From positions 10,850,001-10,914,000 of the forward strand of contig NC_091477.1 in assembly GCF_036971445.1 (NCBI RefSeq): a stretch of DNA of 64,000 nucleotides, given 5' to 3'. The notes beneath the pieces were generated by a model. That model was given only the letters and a program-made list of their open reading frames with translations. It was not told where the DNA came from and did not search any database. This document shows positions 60,814-64,000 of this stretch, piece after piece. Source of the stretch: Narcine bancroftii (taxonomy: Eukaryota). Within the stretch, counting starts at the first letter, position 1. Each line of letters starts with the position of its first letter. Position numbers and translations under genes: made by a program.

Positions 60814-62214
60814 AATATGTGTCATTATCTTAAAGCAAGAATAGGGGACCTTGATTAGATGTTGCCTGGAGTATTGTGTACTATACTGGCTGCCTCATCT
60901 AAAATAATATACTTGCCAAAGAGGGCCTGCAATAAAAATGCACCATATTGCTTCCTCAGGGCTGTCATTTGAGGAGAGATTAGGGAGCTAAGGATTCTTA
61001 GCTGGAGTTTTGAAAGATCAAAGGGACCTCACTGAAAATTAATACATTTCTAAATTGCTCCACTGTTCATGCAAGGAGGATGTTTCCCCTAGCTAAGCAG
61101 TCCAGACCAGCCATTCTCAGCCTTTTTTCCATTTATGACCCCTCCCTCCCAAAGGACTCTGCTCAAAATTCATGGGTCCCCTTTCCTCGTGAAGCAGTCA
61201 GATTTTGGTTTCTTCCCAACTTCTCTCCTACTGACTACATTAAAAGAAACAAAAAAATATTTATGTCATGTGAGTTGTGCCCTCCATGGGGTGGGGGGCT
61301 TGGGGCCCCATTGAGAATGTCTGGTCTAGACCTATGGGTCACAGCCTCTAAAAAGATCAAAAAACTCTAGAGCTCAGGAACAGGCCCTTCAACCCACTAA
61401 GTCTGTGCCAACCAGATCAATCCAACTCATCCCACCTGCTTGCATATGGTATACAATCGCTCCATTCCCACCTGTTAAGGTGTCTACCATAATGCCTTTT
61501 AAGTATTCCTATCATATTTGTTTCTACTAGCACCCTTGCCAGTGTATTCCAGGCACCTATCATGTATTTTCCCATCTGTATTTTAAATAAGGAATACATT
61601 AGTTGATATTGAAAGAAGGAAACTTTTCTTCTATCACTGAATTGCATTCTTTAGAATTACAATCCAGGAGGCTGTAGTTGTGCAGTCATTGATTCAATAG
61701 AAAACTGAAACGGAAAGGTTTCTGGGTATTGAAGGGATTGAGCTTTAAGGCTGGTGGTGTTAAGGAATATCAGCCATGATCTTACTGAAAGTTGGAGCAG
61801 CTGAATGATCTGCTTTTTTCTACCTTGCTTTTATATTCTTGGGACGCAATCAGTCATTGAATCCAACAACCAATTGGGCCACTTGCCTTGGCATTGCTCT
61901 CAGCATCTGGTGATCATCATCCATCTATCACCATCTTCCAAAAGGCATTAAATGGGGTATTTAGTGTACATTTGCCACAATCTGCTCTCAAACACTTTGT
62001 TTAGTTGCAAAACTCAATTTATAGAGAGTATCTGCGGACCAGAAACTAGTCTCCAATTGACCTTGGCCTCCGTACCTTTGGGCCAAGAACTCCCTCTGCT
62101 AAGATCATGTCGTATCTGGTCGGGAGAGGTTATCCCAAGTTTTAAAAAAAGACCATGTCCGAGCCCCTGCCACACCATTCTCGATCCTGTGAGATTGCCC
62201 AGGAAGCAAGAAAC

Positions 62215-63400
62215 CAGAGTAAAAACACACAGAAATGCTGGAGGAACTCAGCTGGTCTCACAGAATCCAGAGGAAGTAAAGATAAATTACCAACGTTTCA
62301 GGCCTGAGCCCTTCTTCAAGGAATAAGCAAAGAACAGGAAGGCATCAGAATACCTGAGGGAAGAGTCCAAACCAACAAAAGGTATTTGATTTGATCGGAA
62401 AAAACGTGAGAATTGATTTTGGCTCTGTGAAAGAAGACAGAGGGTAAAGGGGAGACAGATCTGAGGAAAAGGTGACGGGGAAGATTGTGGGGGGGGTGAG
62501 GTTTAGTTGAAAATGGAGATCGATGTTGATGCCATCCAGTTGGAGGGTGCCCAGATGGAAGATGAGGTGTTGCTACTCCAACTGGCAGGTGGTCTCAGTC
62601 TGGCAGCCCATGAGACCACGGACAGAAATGCCTGCAAGGGGATGGAACGGGGAATTGAAATGGCTAATCACTGCTTTTGCGGTGGACAGAACCAAGGTTG
62701 TTAAACAAACTGATCACCCATTCTGCGCCCAGACTTTTCCACGAGGAGAAGACCACAACGGGAGCATTGGAAATCCCCGCGGATACACAATTGTGATGTT
62801 GCTTCACTTGGAAGGACTGTTTGGGACCTCGAATGTGGTGAGGGAGGAGGTGTGGGTGCAAGTGGAGAATCTCTTGCGGTCACAAGGGTAGGTGCCAACA
62901 TCTCCTGTATATCCTTTCAGAGCACCTACCTTCCAGTTCTCTCTGCCACTTGCAGTGGTACCATAAGTGGTAGCCTTTTTGATAGCTTCGTGGAGCAATC
63001 AATGCTATAATCCTACACAGGCAAAGCCCATCAACTCTTCCTCTGCTACATCGATGACTTCTTTGCTGCTGCCTCATGCACCCATGATGAGCTTGTTGAC
63101 TTCATCCACTTTGCTGCCAACTTCCAGCCTGACCTCAAATTCACCTGGTCCATCTCTAGCAATACTCTCCCTTTCTTCGATCTCTCTGTCTCCATCTTGG
63201 GAGACAAATTCTTGACAAACATCTTCTACAAACCAACCAACTCCCTCAGCTACCCTGACTGCACTTCTTCCCACCCTGTCCCCTGCAAGGATTCTATTCC
63301 ATTCTCTCAATTCCGTGCCAGATCATCAGAGATGTTCCCATTCTTCAAAGGGTTTCCCTCAAGCACCATTGACTCGGCCTTCAACCGGATATCCTCCATT
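62215..63400. mobile_element. Penelope-like element fragments (GIY-YIG and pLTR on -, RT on +)
   Basis: GTYPCDRKRFSTCTHTSSLTT..GPKQSFQVKQH on -; frameshifted YIDD..LKFTWSIS..LPFFDLSV..TNIFYKPTNSLSYPD on +. Confidence 0.75.
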
Positions 63401-63405
63401 ACCTA

Positions 63406-63738
63406 TATGACAGATTATGTTATATTTAATATTGTATATAGATATGCTTTTGGAAGATAAATTGTGAGGTTTTTAGTTAGGTCACACACAGATATACAAA
63501 CACTTCAAAACAGATCTCATTTAAAATGCCAGAGCTCTGCTCAAGCCAGACAGTCCAGGCTCCGAGTGCCTTTGCAAAAACTTTGAAAAATACCTGGAAG
63601 GACTTCACAAGTAGGTGTTAATTGGACATGCCGTGGAGTAATGGATTATTGTTTTGGAAAGCAACAGATGAACAGACTCAAGATTGAGTCCATTGCTGCA
63701 GTCTGAGTGCAGTTTGCTGTTCTAAGAGGGCCATGTGG

Positions 63739-63775
<37 letters not shown>

Positions 63776-64000
63776 TAGTTCTACAGTTCAGCAGCAGCAG
63801 CTGGGACTGGAACAGGACAAGCTGGCAAGCTTGTGGAAAAACCCCATTTTGAAGATGGGTTGTGAGTTCAGCCTGGTCAAAGCCCTTGTGGTCCATACAA
63901 GAGGAGATGGCTGGCTGTATAATGTTTCACTTGAAATAAGGGAAACAGAAAAGGAACTCTGAGATGACCTGAAAGAAGGAGGTTATCATCTGGAAAACCC
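63406..64000 (+). mobile_element. Probable LTR start containing a (GA)n microsatellite (63741-63771), running off the window
   Basis: Composition and motifs (ggtcacacac...) resemble 54890-55900; non-coding. Confidence 0.4.

Overview
Vertebrate genomic DNA, most likely from a cartilaginous fish (shark/ray); this is inferred from HE1/V-SINEs, Penelope tails, and Rex1/Babar, CR1 and L1/Tx1 LINEs. One host gene is present: the first five coding exons of RBM26 (PWI-domain/RS-rich RNA-binding protein, paralog of RBM27) on the minus strand, at 45292-45234, 9101-8983, 3810-3674, 2198-2104 and 863-667. All have GT-AG boundaries and splice in frame. The gene has a 36-kb intron 1 and a CpG-island promoter at about 45.3-46.1 kb. 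Almost everything else is transposable-element derived: a young 5'-truncated L1/Tx1 with an intact 1265-aa ORF2 and a perfect 18-bp TSD, a nested stack of decayed L1s in intron 1, five young RTE copies, a Tigger transposase relic with nested MITEs, a Gypsy relic, and Penelope, CR1, Rex1 and V-SINE fragments. Other notable items are an MCM7 processed pseudogene, a near-perfect 28 x 30-bp array, uORFs (one overlapping the RBM26 start), and several templated or fold-back insertion junctions. There is a 132-N assembly gap at 51236-51367. I found no convincing wholly new multi-gene system; the best leads are regulatory and DNA-repair or retrotransposition signatures.
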